Source: Candidatus Micrarchaeia archaeon
GTDB taxonomy: Archaea; Micrarchaeota; Micrarchaeia; Burarchaeales; Fermentimicrarchaeaceae
Length of the DNA stretch: 64,000 nucleotides
Assembly: GCA_038871515.1 (NCBI GenBank)
Contig: JAVZHX010000004.1
Coordinates: 1 to 64,000 of the forward strand
Reading direction: 5' to 3'
Of this stretch, positions 37,424-47,825 are shown piece by piece (the first letter of the stretch is position 1; every line of letters begins with the position of its first letter). The position numbers and the translations under genes are program-made. Below the pieces are notes generated by a model that saw only the letters and a program-made list of their open reading frames with translations, had not been told where the DNA came from and did no database searches.

Positions 37424-37439
37424 TGTAACCATGGTTACA
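37424..37439. promoter_or_regulatory. Perfect 16-bp palindrome TGTAACCATGGTTACA in a divergent promoter
   Basis: Lies between two TTTAAA boxes and two divergent start codons. Confidence 0.6.
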
Positions 37440-37490
37440 AATCCAAAAGTAGTGCAGATTTAAATATTCAGATACTTTGAATATATCGGT

Positions 37491-38510
37491 ATGAAAAAAA
37501 AGAGAAAGCCCAGCAAACCCATTGCGCTAGTCACCGGCGCAGGAGGAAGGCTTGGCAGACACCTTGTTCAACTGCTGCTTGAGCGCGGCTACCCCGTTAG
37601 AGTTCTTGCAAGAGCAGGCGCAGATTTATCCTTTCCCTCCGGTGTTGAAGTTGTGCCAGGTGATATAACTCATTTCTACACACTCCCTCACGCAGTTCAG
37701 GGAGCAGGCTTCGTCTTTCACCTTGCCGCGCTTGTTGATTACGCAAGCTCAGAGAAAAAGCTTTTTGAAGTGAACGTTGAGGGAACAAGAAATCTACTGA
37801 AAGCATGCGTGGAATTCGCACCAAAACTAAAAAGATTCGTCTACTGCAGCTCAACCGCAGTGATGGGAAAAGAGCTGGCAGAGACACCTGCCGATGAGGA
37901 AACAGAATGCATACCGACAGACAACTACGGCTTGTCAAAATTGATGGCTGAGAAGGTTGTTATGGAGTATAAGAAAAAATTGCCCGTTGTAATCATCCGC
38001 CCAGCAGTTATATACGGAGAGGGATTTAACGAGAGCTACTTCCCAGTTTTCAAACTTCTCCAGCAACACAGGTTCAGAATAATTGACTCAGGTGACAACA
38101 TCCTCCCTTTTGTGCATGCAAAAGATGTTTCACAAGCCCTTCTCCTCGCAGCTGAAAAAAAGAAAGCAATAGGTAATATCTACATAATTGCTGGAGGGGA
38201 GCAGATGACTCAAAAAGAGATTTTGGAGATTGCTGCAAGAGAGCTTGGGGTGAAACCACCAAAAAAGCACATCCCGCGTTTTCTTGCCGAGCTCAGAGTT
38301 CAGCTTTCCTACATAAAAAGCATCTTTACAGGTAAAAAACCAAAGCTCACTCTTGAAGACATTGCTGTGCTCTCCTCAAACAGATTATTTGACATCTCAA
38401 AAGCAAAGAAGGATTTAGGCTACTCACCTCAGGTGAGATTGGAAGATGGTATAAAGGAGATGGTTGAATACTATAAAAGAGGTGCTTTCTATGCGCATGG
38501 GAAAGGTTGA
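37491..38510 (+). CDS. NAD-dependent epimerase/dehydratase (extended SDR)
   Basis: TGAGGRLG, HLAA, YGLSK, RPAVIYG. Confidence 0.9.
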   Translation: MKKKRKPSKPIALVTGAGGRLGRHLVQLLLERGYPVRVLARAGADLSFPSGVEVVPGDITHFYTLPHAVQGAGFVFHLAALVDYASSEKKLFEVNVEGTRNLLKACVEFAPKLKRFVYCSSTAVMGKELAETPADEETECIPTDNYGLSKLMAEKVVMEYKKKLPVVIIRPAVIYGEGFNESYFPVFKLLQQHRFRIIDSGDNILPFVHAKDVSQALLLAAEKKKAIGNIYIIAGGEQMTQKEILEIAARELGVKPPKKHIPRFLAELRVQLSYIKSIFTGKKPKLTLEDIAVLSSNRLFDISKAKKDLGYSPQVRLEDGIKEMVEYYKRGAFYAHGKG

Positions 38511-39252
38511 AAAGTATATACATGATGGAATTGAGAGGAATGGCGCTCTTCTTTTTGTTTTAATAGACCCCTTGGATTACCAGAGTTTGGACAGGGCAGT
38601 TCAAACCGCAAAGGAAGCATGCGAAGCTGGTGCAGACATTATTTTAATTGGTGGCAGCATAGGGGTTCAGGGAGAGGTACTTGACGAGGTGACAAAAAGA
38701 GTTAAGGAGAGCATTAATATACCTGTGGTGCTCTTCCCTGGCAACATAGGCACGCTAACAAAATACGCAGATGCGGTTTACTTCATGCAGCTTCTCAACT
38801 CAAGAAACCCCTACTGGCTGTCTCAAGCTCAGATGCTTGCAGCCCCGATTGTGAGGCAGCTCGGCATAGAGGCTCTGCCCGTTGGTTACATCGTTGTTGA
38901 GCCAGGTGGAACAGTCGGGTGGGTTGGAGATGCAAACAAAATACCAAGAAGCAAACCGCACATTGCAGCTTCCCTTGCGCTTGCGGGCGAATACACGGGC
39001 AGCAGATTCATCGTAACAGACGTTGGAAGCGCATCCGAGCTTGGACCTGTGCCAGTTGAAATGGTGAAAGCAGTCAGAAAATTCATCTCAGTTCCATACA
39101 TTGTTGCAGGTGGAATAAGAACTCCAAAGCAGGCTGAGGAAATAGTGAAAGCAGGAGCGGATGCAATACACGTTGGAACAGTTGCTCAGGACACAAGGAA
39201 CGTTGGAAAGGTTATAAGCCAGCTTGCCAAAGCAGTGAGATGCAAGAGATGA
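38491..39252 (+). CDS. Geranylgeranylglyceryl phosphate (GGGP) synthase
   Basis: LIDP, GGSIG, LFPG, LLNSRNPYW, GYIVVEPG, AGGIR; start moved to ATG 38491 after GAGGTG. Confidence 0.92.
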   Translation: MRMGKVEKYIHDGIERNGALLFVLIDPLDYQSLDRAVQTAKEACEAGADIILIGGSIGVQGEVLDEVTKRVKESINIPVVLFPGNIGTLTKYADAVYFMQLLNSRNPYWLSQAQMLAAPIVRQLGIEALPVGYIVVEPGGTVGWVGDANKIPRSKPHIAASLALAGEYTGSRFIVTDVGSASELGPVPVEMVKAVRKFISVPYIVAGGIRTPKQAEEIVKAGADAIHVGTVAQDTRNVGKVISQLAKAVRCKR

Positions 39253-39256
39253 TGAA

Positions 39257-40495
39257 ATGGAAAACATCGTCTTTCTGCAGCAGATTCTTCTATCCATCGG
39301 AGTTGGAGCACTAATTGGTTTAGAAAGAGAGCACACCAAGCACCAGCGAATAACTGGCTTGAGAACAATTGCCCTCATCTCCCTCCTTGGTAACCTAAGC
39401 GTCATGATATCTGAGTTATCGCCAAACCTATCTTACATACCCTACCTATCCTTGCTTGCGGTTATAGGCTACACTTTTCTTCTCTACTACTTCAGAGCAA
39501 AAAAACTCCAGGCGCTTGGGATGACAACCGTGCTAACACTTCCACTTGCATTCATACTCGGCATCTTCGTTGGGTTCAGCAGATACATAGAAGCAATAAT
39601 GGGCGCAATACTCGCAACAATACTTCTCTTGAGCAGGGATTACTCCCACATGTTTGTGAGAAAGCTCACAACCAAAGAAATAGATGATGCTCTGCTTTTT
39701 GGAACAATCTGCTTCATCATCCTCCCAATCCTCCCCTCCGCGCCAATCACTCTTTTCGACAGCTTCTCCGTAAACCTCCAGTCCTTCTTTCTGATTGTTA
39801 TAACTGTTTCAGTAATTTCCCTTCTCTCCTTCTTGCTGCTGCGCTTCTGGGGGCACCGCGCGCTTCCCCTCACAGGCTTCCTCGGAGGTTTGATAAACTC
39901 AGTTGCAACAGTTGCAGACTTAGCTTCAAAATCAAAGGAAAAACCATCACCGCTTTACATAACAACACTTGCAACAGCAAGCAGCGCGATGCTTGTGAGA
40001 AACCTCCTCCTCGTAGTCATCTTCTCCCCGCAGATTTTCTCCCTCATCTTCATACCCATTCTCGGCATGATTGCTGTTTTCCTTATTCAAACAATTCACA
40101 CCACAAAGCCAAAAAGATACGTTGGGGATTTGCTTTTCGAGCAACCCTTCTCAGTTCTTTCTGCTCTGAAGTTCAGCGCTGTTCTTTTTGGGGTTATGCT
40201 TCTCATTCACCTGCTCTCCCAGTTCAGCCCAAGAAGCCTGGGAATAGGCGCATTTATCGGTGGTTTGGTGAGCAGCGCATCAGTTGCAGCCTCCATCTCT
40301 TCCAGTCAATCTGCTCTGGGTTTGAGCAGCGTTGAAGCAGCCTACCTTGTGATGATAGGTTGCTTCGCAAGCCTTATAACAAAAATATTCACCCTAATAA
40401 CAAGCGCTTCAAAGGAGTTCAGCAGAAGAGGAGTGCCAGTGATTGTAACCTCAATGCTTGCTGGCGCAATTCTCCTTATCCTCATCGCTCACTGA
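39257..40495 (+). CDS. MgtC/SapB-family membrane protein with DUF4010
   Basis: GALIGLERE, GLRT, GGLINSVAT, many TM helices. Confidence 0.88.
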   Translation: MENIVFLQQILLSIGVGALIGLEREHTKHQRITGLRTIALISLLGNLSVMISELSPNLSYIPYLSLLAVIGYTFLLYYFRAKKLQALGMTTVLTLPLAFILGIFVGFSRYIEAIMGAILATILLLSRDYSHMFVRKLTTKEIDDALLFGTICFIILPILPSAPITLFDSFSVNLQSFFLIVITVSVISLLSFLLLRFWGHRALPLTGFLGGLINSVATVADLASKSKEKPSPLYITTLATASSAMLVRNLLLVVIFSPQIFSLIFIPILGMIAVFLIQTIHTTKPKRYVGDLLFEQPFSVLSALKFSAVLFGVMLLIHLLSQFSPRSLGIGAFIGGLVSSASVAASISSSQSALGLSSVEAAYLVMIGCFASLITKIFTLITSASKEFSRRGVPVIVTSMLAGAILLILIAH

Positions 40496-41729
40496 ACTGC
40501 TTCATAATTTTTATTGCGCAGTATTCACCGCACATGCTGCACCCATTGCTCCTGCTCCTTCTCTTTCCCCTGTACTCTTTTGCTTTCCTTCCATAGATTG
40601 CATGCTGGAACTGCCTCTCCCAATCCAGCTCATCCCTTGCCCTGCTCATCTCCAAATCAACTTTATCATCCATCCCCTTTGTTATATCAGCAGCATGCGC
40701 TGCAATTTTCATAGCAATAACTCCCTCCACCACGTCATCAACAGTTGGAAGCGCAACATGCTCGCTTGGGGTTACAACGCAGAGAAAATCAGCCCCTGCC
40801 CTAGCAGCTATCGCACCGCCAATTGCCGAGCTTATATGGTCATAACCAACTGCTATATCTGTCACAAGCGGGCCAAGCACATAGTACGGGGCTCCATAGC
40901 AGATTTTCTTCTGAAGCTGAATGTTAACCTCAATTTTATCTAGTGGAACATGCCCAGGCCCCTCGCATATCACCGATACATTCCTTGCCCATGCTCTTTT
41001 CACAAGCTCCCCCTGAGTAACAAGCTCATGCATCTGCGCCTTATCCCCAGCATCAGCCAGGCAACCAGGCCTCAGCGCATCGCCTAAACTGAGAACAACA
41101 TCCCTCTCCTCAGCAAGCTCAAGCAAGTAATCAAAATTGCTGTACAATGGATTTTCCTTCTCATTCTTCATCATCCATGCTGCAAGCATGCACCCTCCCC
41201 TGCTCACAATTCTCATAACTCTGCTCCTTGTTAACTCAACTCCCTTTCTCTTCATGGCAGCGTGCACTGTTATGAAATTCACACCAAGCTTGATGTGTCT
41301 TTCAACTGCTTTCAGAATTTCCTCCTCTGTTGGAAGCTCCTTCCTTCTAAACGAGTTCACAAAAGCAGAGTAAACTGGAACAGTTCCAACAGGAACCTTT
41401 GAAACCCTTAATATTCTTTTCAATATTCCCTCCAAATCCCCTCCAGTGCTCAAATCCATCACAGTGTCTGCGCCTGCCTCAACAGCCGCCCTAACCTTCC
41501 TCAACTCCTCCTCAACTCTAACAAAATCGGTTGAAGTTCCAACGTTCGCATTCACCTTCGTCCTCAAACCACTCCCAATGCCGCATACCCTCTCTCCCTT
41601 CTCAAGAACAACAACCCTTCCCTTTGCAACAGCATTCCTCACCCTCTCCGCATCAACTCCCTCCTTCCTTGCAATTCTCTTCACCGCAGAGCTCACAACT
41701 CCTCTCCTTGCAATTTTCATTTCAGTCAA
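40482..41729 (-). CDS. thiC: Phosphomethylpyrimidine synthase ThiC
   Basis: TKVNANVGTS, MDLSTGG, SRGG, EGPGHVP, GYDHI, CSMCGEYC; likely TTG start at 41729. Confidence 0.92.
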   Translation of the reverse strand: MTEMKIARRGVVSSAVKRIARKEGVDAERVRNAVAKGRVVVLEKGERVCGIGSGLRTKVNANVGTSTDFVRVEEELRKVRAAVEAGADTVMDLSTGGDLEGILKRILRVSKVPVGTVPVYSAFVNSFRRKELPTEEEILKAVERHIKLGVNFITVHAAMKRKGVELTRSRVMRIVSRGGCMLAAWMMKNEKENPLYSNFDYLLELAEERDVVLSLGDALRPGCLADAGDKAQMHELVTQGELVKRAWARNVSVICEGPGHVPLDKIEVNIQLQKKICYGAPYYVLGPLVTDIAVGYDHISSAIGGAIAARAGADFLCVVTPSEHVALPTVDDVVEGVIAMKIAAHAADITKGMDDKVDLEMSRARDELDWERQFQHAIYGRKAKEYRGKRRSRSNGCSMCGEYCAIKIMKQFSER

Positions 41730-41784
41730 AAGAGACACCCAACAACTTTTAAACACAAAAATATAAACACTTTACGCAAGTGAT

Positions 41785-42888
41785 TTGATGCGGGAGATTG
41801 CGAATATTGAGTTGTACTGCATATGCAAGGAGCTTCAGGCAGTTGTTGGGGCTAGGCTGGAGAAGATATATGAGATTGAGAAAGATGAATTCCGCCTCCG
41901 CTTCCACTTACCTACTGGCGATATTGACGTTTTCTGCAAACTGAGGGAGAGGATTAACATAACGCAATACCTTAAGGAAGCGCCCCAGAAACCATCTGAC
42001 TTTGCGATGGGGCTGAGGAAATACATTGAGGGAGCGAGGGTGAAAAGCGTTATGCAATACGGGCTTGACAGGGTGGTTCTTTTTGAGTTTGAGAGGAAAA
42101 ACACCTTCCTCCTCATCTTTGAGATGTTCTCCCACGGCAACCTCATCCTTACGGACAGCAACTACAAAATAATTCATTCCTACAGGGCAGAGGAATGGAA
42201 GGACAGAAAAATCAAGAGAGGAGAAAAATACAACTTCCCCCACTCCGAAAGAATAGACCCGTTTGAGCTGAATGAGCAGAAGCTCGCAGCGCTGCTTGAC
42301 TCAAAAAAACTTGTCCCCTCCCTCTCCTCAAAAATCAACCTCTCACCCTCCTACATAGAGGAAGCGTGCAGAAGGGCGAAGCTTGATTTGGAAAGAAATG
42401 CTGACTCGCTCAGCCAAGCAGAGATAAGGGAGCTCTTCGCTGGTTTCATAGAGGTGATTGAAAACGTGAACAAACCACAGCCAACAATCTATGTAAGTAA
42501 CGGAAAGTATGTTGACTACTCCCTCTTCCCATTCAAAAAGTATGAGAATGCTGAAAAAATTTACTTCAAATCCCTCTCAGCTTTGCTTGATGATTTCTAC
42601 CTGCATTATGAGGAAAAGGAGGAGAAAGATGAGAGAGCAGAATTCAGGTTAAAACAGCAGGAGAAGAGTTTGAAGGAGCTGAGGGAGAAAGCAAAGCAGA
42701 GTAAGGAAGCTGGCGATTTGATTTACTCCAACTTCAATAAAGTTGAGGCAATTCTTAACTTCATAAAAGAGAGAAGAAAAAAGAGCACTGAGGAGATAAT
42801 GAAGGAATTGAGGGAGAAGATGCCTGAGGAAGCGAAGCTTGTGCTCAGCATTGATTTGAAAAAAAGAGAAGTGGTGCTGGAGCTGTAG
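41785..42888 (+). CDS. Rqc2/RqcH (NEMF, NFACT) N-terminal half only
   Basis: PSDFAMGLRKYI, QYGLDRVV, EMFSHGNLILTD, HhH and one coiled coil; no NFACT-R domain. Confidence 0.85.
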   Translation: MMREIANIELYCICKELQAVVGARLEKIYEIEKDEFRLRFHLPTGDIDVFCKLRERINITQYLKEAPQKPSDFAMGLRKYIEGARVKSVMQYGLDRVVLFEFERKNTFLLIFEMFSHGNLILTDSNYKIIHSYRAEEWKDRKIKRGEKYNFPHSERIDPFELNEQKLAALLDSKKLVPSLSSKINLSPSYIEEACRRAKLDLERNADSLSQAEIRELFAGFIEVIENVNKPQPTIYVSNGKYVDYSLFPFKKYENAEKIYFKSLSALLDDFYLHYEEKEEKDERAEFRLKQQEKSLKELREKAKQSKEAGDLIYSNFNKVEAILNFIKERRKKSTEEIMKELREKMPEEAKLVLSIDLKKREVVLEL

Positions 42889-43686
42889 CTAGAAAAGTTT
42901 CATCAGCTCGCTTATTGACTCAACAACCAAATCAGGCTTGCTTTCCCTATTAATTCTCAAATCCTCCCTTTTCGTTATCCCAGTTAAAACCAGTATCGTG
43001 TATAAACCAACTCTCCTGCCACCCGCAACATCTGTATCAATTTTATCACCAACAACCGCAACCTCCTTCCTCTTCAAACCCATCTCCCTCACCGCAATTT
43101 CAAAAAGCATCCTGTTTGGCTTCCCAATAACAACCTCTGGTTTCACACCTGTGCATGCTTCAAGCGCAGCTATCATTGCACCAGCTCCCGGCACCAACCC
43201 ATCCTCACTTGGTTTTGTGCAATCCCTGTTTGTTGCTATAAATTTTGCTCCATTCATCACCGCCCTCATCCCAACTTTCAGCTTCTCGTAGTTGAATTTC
43301 CTATCTATCCCGACAACAACAAAATCAGCTTTCTCCCCCTCTCTCCCGCTCACAATTTCAAACCCATGTTTCTTCAACTCTTCAATCACTCCTCTCCCAC
43401 CTATCACAAAGCACCTCCCCCCTCCGTATTTTTTCTTAAGATAAACAGCAGTTCCATAGGAGGATGGAATCACCTCCCTCTCGCTGCACTCCACACCCAT
43501 CCTATTGAGTTTCCGCACATACCCTCCCCTGCTCTCATCTGATTTGTTTGTGACAAACCTAATCCTCTTCCCCTTCCCTCTCAGATAATTAAGAGTTTCC
43601 GCAGCTCCTTTCACCGGTGTTTCCCCAATATACACAACTCCATCCAAATCAAATATGAACCCCCTTATCCCGCCAATTTCACCCAT
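42889..43686 (-). CDS. HAD-superfamily IIA hydrolase (NagD-like)
   Basis: FDLDGV, VTN, IGKP, VGDKIDTD. Confidence 0.93.
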   Translation of the reverse strand: MGEIGGIRGFIFDLDGVVYIGETPVKGAAETLNYLRGKGKRIRFVTNKSDESRGGYVRKLNRMGVECSEREVIPSSYGTAVYLKKKYGGGRCFVIGGRGVIEELKKHGFEIVSGREGEKADFVVVGIDRKFNYEKLKVGMRAVMNGAKFIATNRDCTKPSEDGLVPGAGAMIAALEACTGVKPEVVIGKPNRMLFEIAVREMGLKRKEVAVVGDKIDTDVAGGRRVGLYTILVLTGITKREDLRINRESKPDLVVESISELMKLF

Positions 43687-43718
43687 ATTTTATAATTTAC
43701 CTGAGAAATGGTTTAAAT

Positions 43719-44921
43719 ATGAAGCTGGCTTACCTCTCAAAGCTTGAGGGAATTGGGGGAGTGATTAAAAGCTCCCCCGAGGATTTTGTGGTTGAGGAGA
43801 TAATGCAGGATGGAACAATTCTTGAATTAAATAAAACTTTCAACAAACAGGGAGAAGGGGAATTCGTTCATTTCATCCTTCAGAAAAGAAACTGGAATAC
43901 TTTGCAAGCACTGAAGGAAATTGGGAAGAAGCTTCACTGCGGAATAAAAAGGTTTAGCTATGCAGGAATGAAAGATAGAAATGCGCTCACAACACAGCTT
44001 GCTTCTGCTTTCGGAATAGACAGAAACGCCCTTCTCAACCTAAAAATAAAAGATATTCAAATAAATGGAGCATGGCAGGCAAATGAAAAGGTGAAAATTG
44101 GAGAGCTGCTTGGAAACAGGTTCACAATAACTATCCGAAATGTTTCGGGAGACTCTGGGGGAAGAGTGAAAAGAATAATGGAGGAATTAAACGGGCTCGC
44201 TCCAAACTACTTCGGCGAGCAGAGGTTTGGAAGCATAAGAAAGAACACCCACCTTGTTGGCAAAGCAATTGTTTCAGGCAACTTTAAGGAAGCAGTATGG
44301 AATTACCTTACGTACATAGATGAAAACGAAAGAGAAGAAGGTAAGGAGGCGAGAAGGAAGCTTGCAGAGGAGGAAGATTTCAAAAGAGCGCTGAACTACT
44401 TTCCAAAATACTTAAAATACGAGAGAATACTTTTGAACCATCTCTCCCAGCACCCAAACGACTACGTGAATGCTCTGAGGAAACTTCCGCGAGGGCTTTC
44501 CCTTATGTTCGTGCATGCCTACCAAAGCTATTTATTCAATAAAACTCTAAGCAAAAGAATATCATCCGGTGTAATCCGCAGGGAAGATGATGTTATGTGC
44601 AAAGTTGATTCATTTGGCTTTCCAAATATGAATGAATTGGGTGAGGAAGGGGAATTGCCTGTTGGAAGAGTTATTGGGTACGAGACAAAAAACCTCACTG
44701 AGGAGGAGAGGGAAATTCTTGAGGAGGAGGGCATAAACGAAAAGAACTTTCTAATAAAATCGCTTCCAGAGATTAGCTCAAAAGGAGCTCGCAGATGTCT
44801 CTTCATCTCTCTCAAAAACTTCTCCTTCCGTCAGAATGAAAACATAACCTTCAAATTCCTCCTCCCCTCTGGCTCGTATGCAACTTCAGTTATGCGTGAG
44901 TTTCTTGACAGGTGCAAGTAG
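43719..44921 (+). CDS. truD: tRNA pseudouridine(13) synthase TruD
   Basis: EDFVVEE, AGMKDRNALTTQ, GNRF, PNYFGEQRFG, LPSGSYAT. Confidence 0.95.
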   Translation: MKLAYLSKLEGIGGVIKSSPEDFVVEEIMQDGTILELNKTFNKQGEGEFVHFILQKRNWNTLQALKEIGKKLHCGIKRFSYAGMKDRNALTTQLASAFGIDRNALLNLKIKDIQINGAWQANEKVKIGELLGNRFTITIRNVSGDSGGRVKRIMEELNGLAPNYFGEQRFGSIRKNTHLVGKAIVSGNFKEAVWNYLTYIDENEREEGKEARRKLAEEEDFKRALNYFPKYLKYERILLNHLSQHPNDYVNALRKLPRGLSLMFVHAYQSYLFNKTLSKRISSGVIRREDDVMCKVDSFGFPNMNELGEEGELPVGRVIGYETKNLTEEEREILEEEGINEKNFLIKSLPEISSKGARRCLFISLKNFSFRQNENITFKFLLPSGSYATSVMREFLDRCK

Positions 44922-45782
44922 ATGAGAAGAATAGCAATAATACTATTCATTGTTTTCATCCTTGCCTGGATAAACCAGATTGACAAAATGGCTTGGGTTG
45001 GGTTCAACTGGTTCAACATACCAAACCCAACAGAAGTTTATTTGGTTGAATACCCAAGAAACTTTTCAGGCAGGCTTCAATTCACCATTCACTCAAACAG
45101 AGAATCCCTCTGCACGTTATACGCATGCAACAAATCAATTGAAAAAACCCTCAAACAAGGTTATAACACAGTTGAGCTTGAAGCGGAGTGCGATGAAGTT
45201 CAAACCACAATTGTGTGCGGCGAATCCCTACTGCGTTTCTTCTCAAATAGAATAAACAGAAGCTTTTCAGAGGAATACATCCACGCTGAGCTTCTTGCAA
45301 CACAGGTGAAAAGAACTGTTTATTTGGACATTCATCTCACCTCTCAGCTGAATGATGGAGGTTACAGAAACTTTGAAGTTGATGTTGATGGGAAATCTGT
45401 GCTGAAACCAACCTACCTGCTTCCCAACGGCGCATATGAATTGTATAAAACAGAAAAAATCCGCCTTGAGCCAGGGGAGCATGAAATAGAAATAAAATAC
45501 AAGGAGGAAACTCTTGCAGCAAGCAGAATTTTCATACAACCAGAGCCATTTCCTTACATTGAACTTCTGAACATCCTTCTCTGCTTTCCAGTTGCATTTA
45601 TAATTTACAGAGAATACTCCATTGACTGGCTCACCTCCTCTCTTGCTTTTCTTGGGCTTTCGTTTGCATCCCTCGCTCTCCAGCTTCAGTTGCATAACAA
45701 TCTAGGATTCAGCGAGTGGCTTGTTCCATTACTTTTACTCTGCGGAGTGATGTTGCTATGGAAGTTGAAAAGGAAGCAGTGA
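44922..45782 (+). CDS. Hypothetical membrane protein with extracellular beta domain
   Basis: N-terminal TM and three C-terminal TM helices. Confidence 0.7.
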   Translation: MRRIAIILFIVFILAWINQIDKMAWVGFNWFNIPNPTEVYLVEYPRNFSGRLQFTIHSNRESLCTLYACNKSIEKTLKQGYNTVELEAECDEVQTTIVCGESLLRFFSNRINRSFSEEYIHAELLATQVKRTVYLDIHLTSQLNDGGYRNFEVDVDGKSVLKPTYLLPNGAYELYKTEKIRLEPGEHEIEIKYKEETLAASRIFIQPEPFPYIELLNILLCFPVAFIIYREYSIDWLTSSLAFLGLSFASLALQLQLHNNLGFSEWLVPLLLLCGVMLLWKLKRKQ

Positions 45783-47113
45783 TATTCGCAGTTTTATTCA
45801 CAGCAGTGATAGCTGCGCTCATACTAACTTTCGGAAGCGTTGACTGGTGGGGCGCCTTCTACTCGCGCAACGTACAAACAGTTGTTGAGGAGAGAACAAC
45901 CCTGTACAGGGATGAGCTGAGCTACCTTGGGAGGGACTTCACCTATCCACCAGTTTTCTTCCAAGTTGCAGGTGAGCTCACCCTTCTGCTTGGAAGGAGT
46001 AACTACGAGGAAGTGAAACTTCCCATTCACCTGCTTGCAGTTTTCCTCTACTCCTCATCACTCTACCTTCTCTTCAGAGGTTTCAAAAGATGGCAGGAGA
46101 GGCTTGCTGGCGCATCCATCTTCGCAACCCACGCATTCGTAATGATATTCTCCTCAACAGTCACATTACACGTTGTTGCATACTCCTTCCTCAACCTCTC
46201 CCTCCTTCTCTTTGAGAGAAAGGAAAGCATTCTGAAAACTTTTTCAGCAGTTTTTCTGTCATTTGCAATCGCCTCCCATCCAACCTCCCTTCTCTTGTTC
46301 CCTGTTTACGTATACGCGATGGGGCGGTTCAGAATTGACTGGGAGAGGGTTAAGAAAGGAATCACCATTCTAATTCCTGCCTCCTTCCTCTCCCTTCTTT
46401 TCTACGTGCCAATCTTCATGCGAAGTGGGCTTCCCTATGAAATTGCTCCCACTCTGTGGGGCTATCTTCTCTCATACGGGTTTGTTGGTTTAGTTTACGA
46501 TATGCAGTTCCTCATACCTCTTGTGCTGCTCACATCGCTTTTCGCAGTTGTGAAAAAACCACTCCAGCTCGCAGCGCTTCTTCTCATTCTCTCAGTGCTT
46601 GTAAATGCACTTGTAACATACAGAGCAAACCTCGTTGTAACCATCATGCTCTCCTTCCTATTCCCGCTTGTTTTGGGTGAAAAACTGAAGGATTCGTTTG
46701 TTCTATCCACCTTCTTCCTCTTCATCCTCGCGAACCTCCTCTTCATTCCAGTCATCTTCTCAGGCACAACAAACTGGTGCAGGTGGGTTTTTGCAAATAA
46801 TATGTGCATAAAGCCAATGAACTTCATCAACCAGTTCACCTCAAGTGATGAAAACGTTGCAATCAACCCAGAGTTTGGGCACCTTGAAACATACCTGGGT
46901 GGAAGGAAGGTGCTTGCTGACTTGTATGTTGAATATGCGCCCGAAGATAAATTCTATTCAGAGTATCGCTTCTACCAGGAAGCCAACCCACTTTACCTGG
47001 AAGGATACAATATAACCCTGCTGGTGCTTGACGACACAGGCACAATAAGGGATATACCTGAGGCAGACAGAATTTACGATAACAGCTTCATTCACATGTA
47101 CAGGATGAGATGA
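45758..47113 (+). CDS. Polytopic membrane protein, possible GT-C fold glycosyltransferase
   Basis: GSVDWW...GRDFTYPP after TM1, about 11 TM helices, soluble C-terminal domain; adjacent to GT2 genes. Confidence 0.6.
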   Translation: MEVEKEAVIFAVLFTAVIAALILTFGSVDWWGAFYSRNVQTVVEERTTLYRDELSYLGRDFTYPPVFFQVAGELTLLLGRSNYEEVKLPIHLLAVFLYSSSLYLLFRGFKRWQERLAGASIFATHAFVMIFSSTVTLHVVAYSFLNLSLLLFERKESILKTFSAVFLSFAIASHPTSLLLFPVYVYAMGRFRIDWERVKKGITILIPASFLSLLFYVPIFMRSGLPYEIAPTLWGYLLSYGFVGLVYDMQFLIPLVLLTSLFAVVKKPLQLAALLLILSVLVNALVTYRANLVVTIMLSFLFPLVLGEKLKDSFVLSTFFLFILANLLFIPVIFSGTTNWCRWVFANNMCIKPMNFINQFTSSDENVAINPEFGHLETYLGGRKVLADLYVEYAPEDKFYSEYRFYQEANPLYLEGYNITLLVLDDTGTIRDIPEADRIYDNSFIHMYRMR

Positions 47114-47775
47114 TGGAATACACAGTTATAGTGCCTGCGTATAATGAGGAAAAAACTCTTCCGTCGTTACTTAAATCGCTACGCAGAGTTGCAAGAAGAA
47201 TAATTGTTGTTGATGACGGCTCAACTGACAGAACATATGAAACTGCCAGAAAATTTGGAGTGAGTGTTATTAAGCATGAAAGGAATTTTGGAAAGGGTTA
47301 CGCAGTTGCATCTGCTTTAAAAGAGTGCAAAACAGATTTTGTTGTTTTAATAGATGCGGATGGACAGCACCTTCCATCAGAAATACCGCTGCTTCTAAAA
47401 AAACTAAGAAAATGCGATTTGGTGATTGGAAACAGGTTTGCAAAGAAGCAGCACATTCCCTTTCACAGGTTGGTTGCAAATAAACTTCTATCCGTGCTTT
47501 TGAAAAGCAGCACAGGGGTGAGCGATCCTCTGTGTGGTTTCAGGGCGTTTAGGAAGGAAAAGTTTTCAAACCTAAGGGAGAGAGAATTTAACATAGAGCT
47601 TGAGATTCTTTTTAAAGCAGTTGACAGTGGTTTAACAATCTGTGAAGTTCCAATAACTGTGAAATACCCCAGCAGAAACTCCAAAACAGCAGGGTTGCTG
47701 GGTGGCGCAATTGTTTATTTGAAGCTGCTTCTCTACGCTGTGAGCTGGCTTTTCTCAACGCATCTATTTAAATAG
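47110..47775 (+). CDS. GT2 glycosyltransferase (polyprenol-phosphate sugar synthase-like)
   Basis: VPAYNEE, VDDGSTD, NFGKG, DADGQH, GNRF. Confidence 0.9.
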   Translation: MMEYTVIVPAYNEEKTLPSLLKSLRRVARRIIVVDDGSTDRTYETARKFGVSVIKHERNFGKGYAVASALKECKTDFVVLIDADGQHLPSEIPLLLKKLRKCDLVIGNRFAKKQHIPFHRLVANKLLSVLLKSSTGVSDPLCGFRAFRKEKFSNLREREFNIELEILFKAVDSGLTICEVPITVKYPSRNSKTAGLLGGAIVYLKLLLYAVSWLFSTHLFK

Positions 47776-47825
47776 GTAGAGAATAAAACTAATCCGAGCA
47801 AGAAGCATCACGCGGAAGTGTCGGT

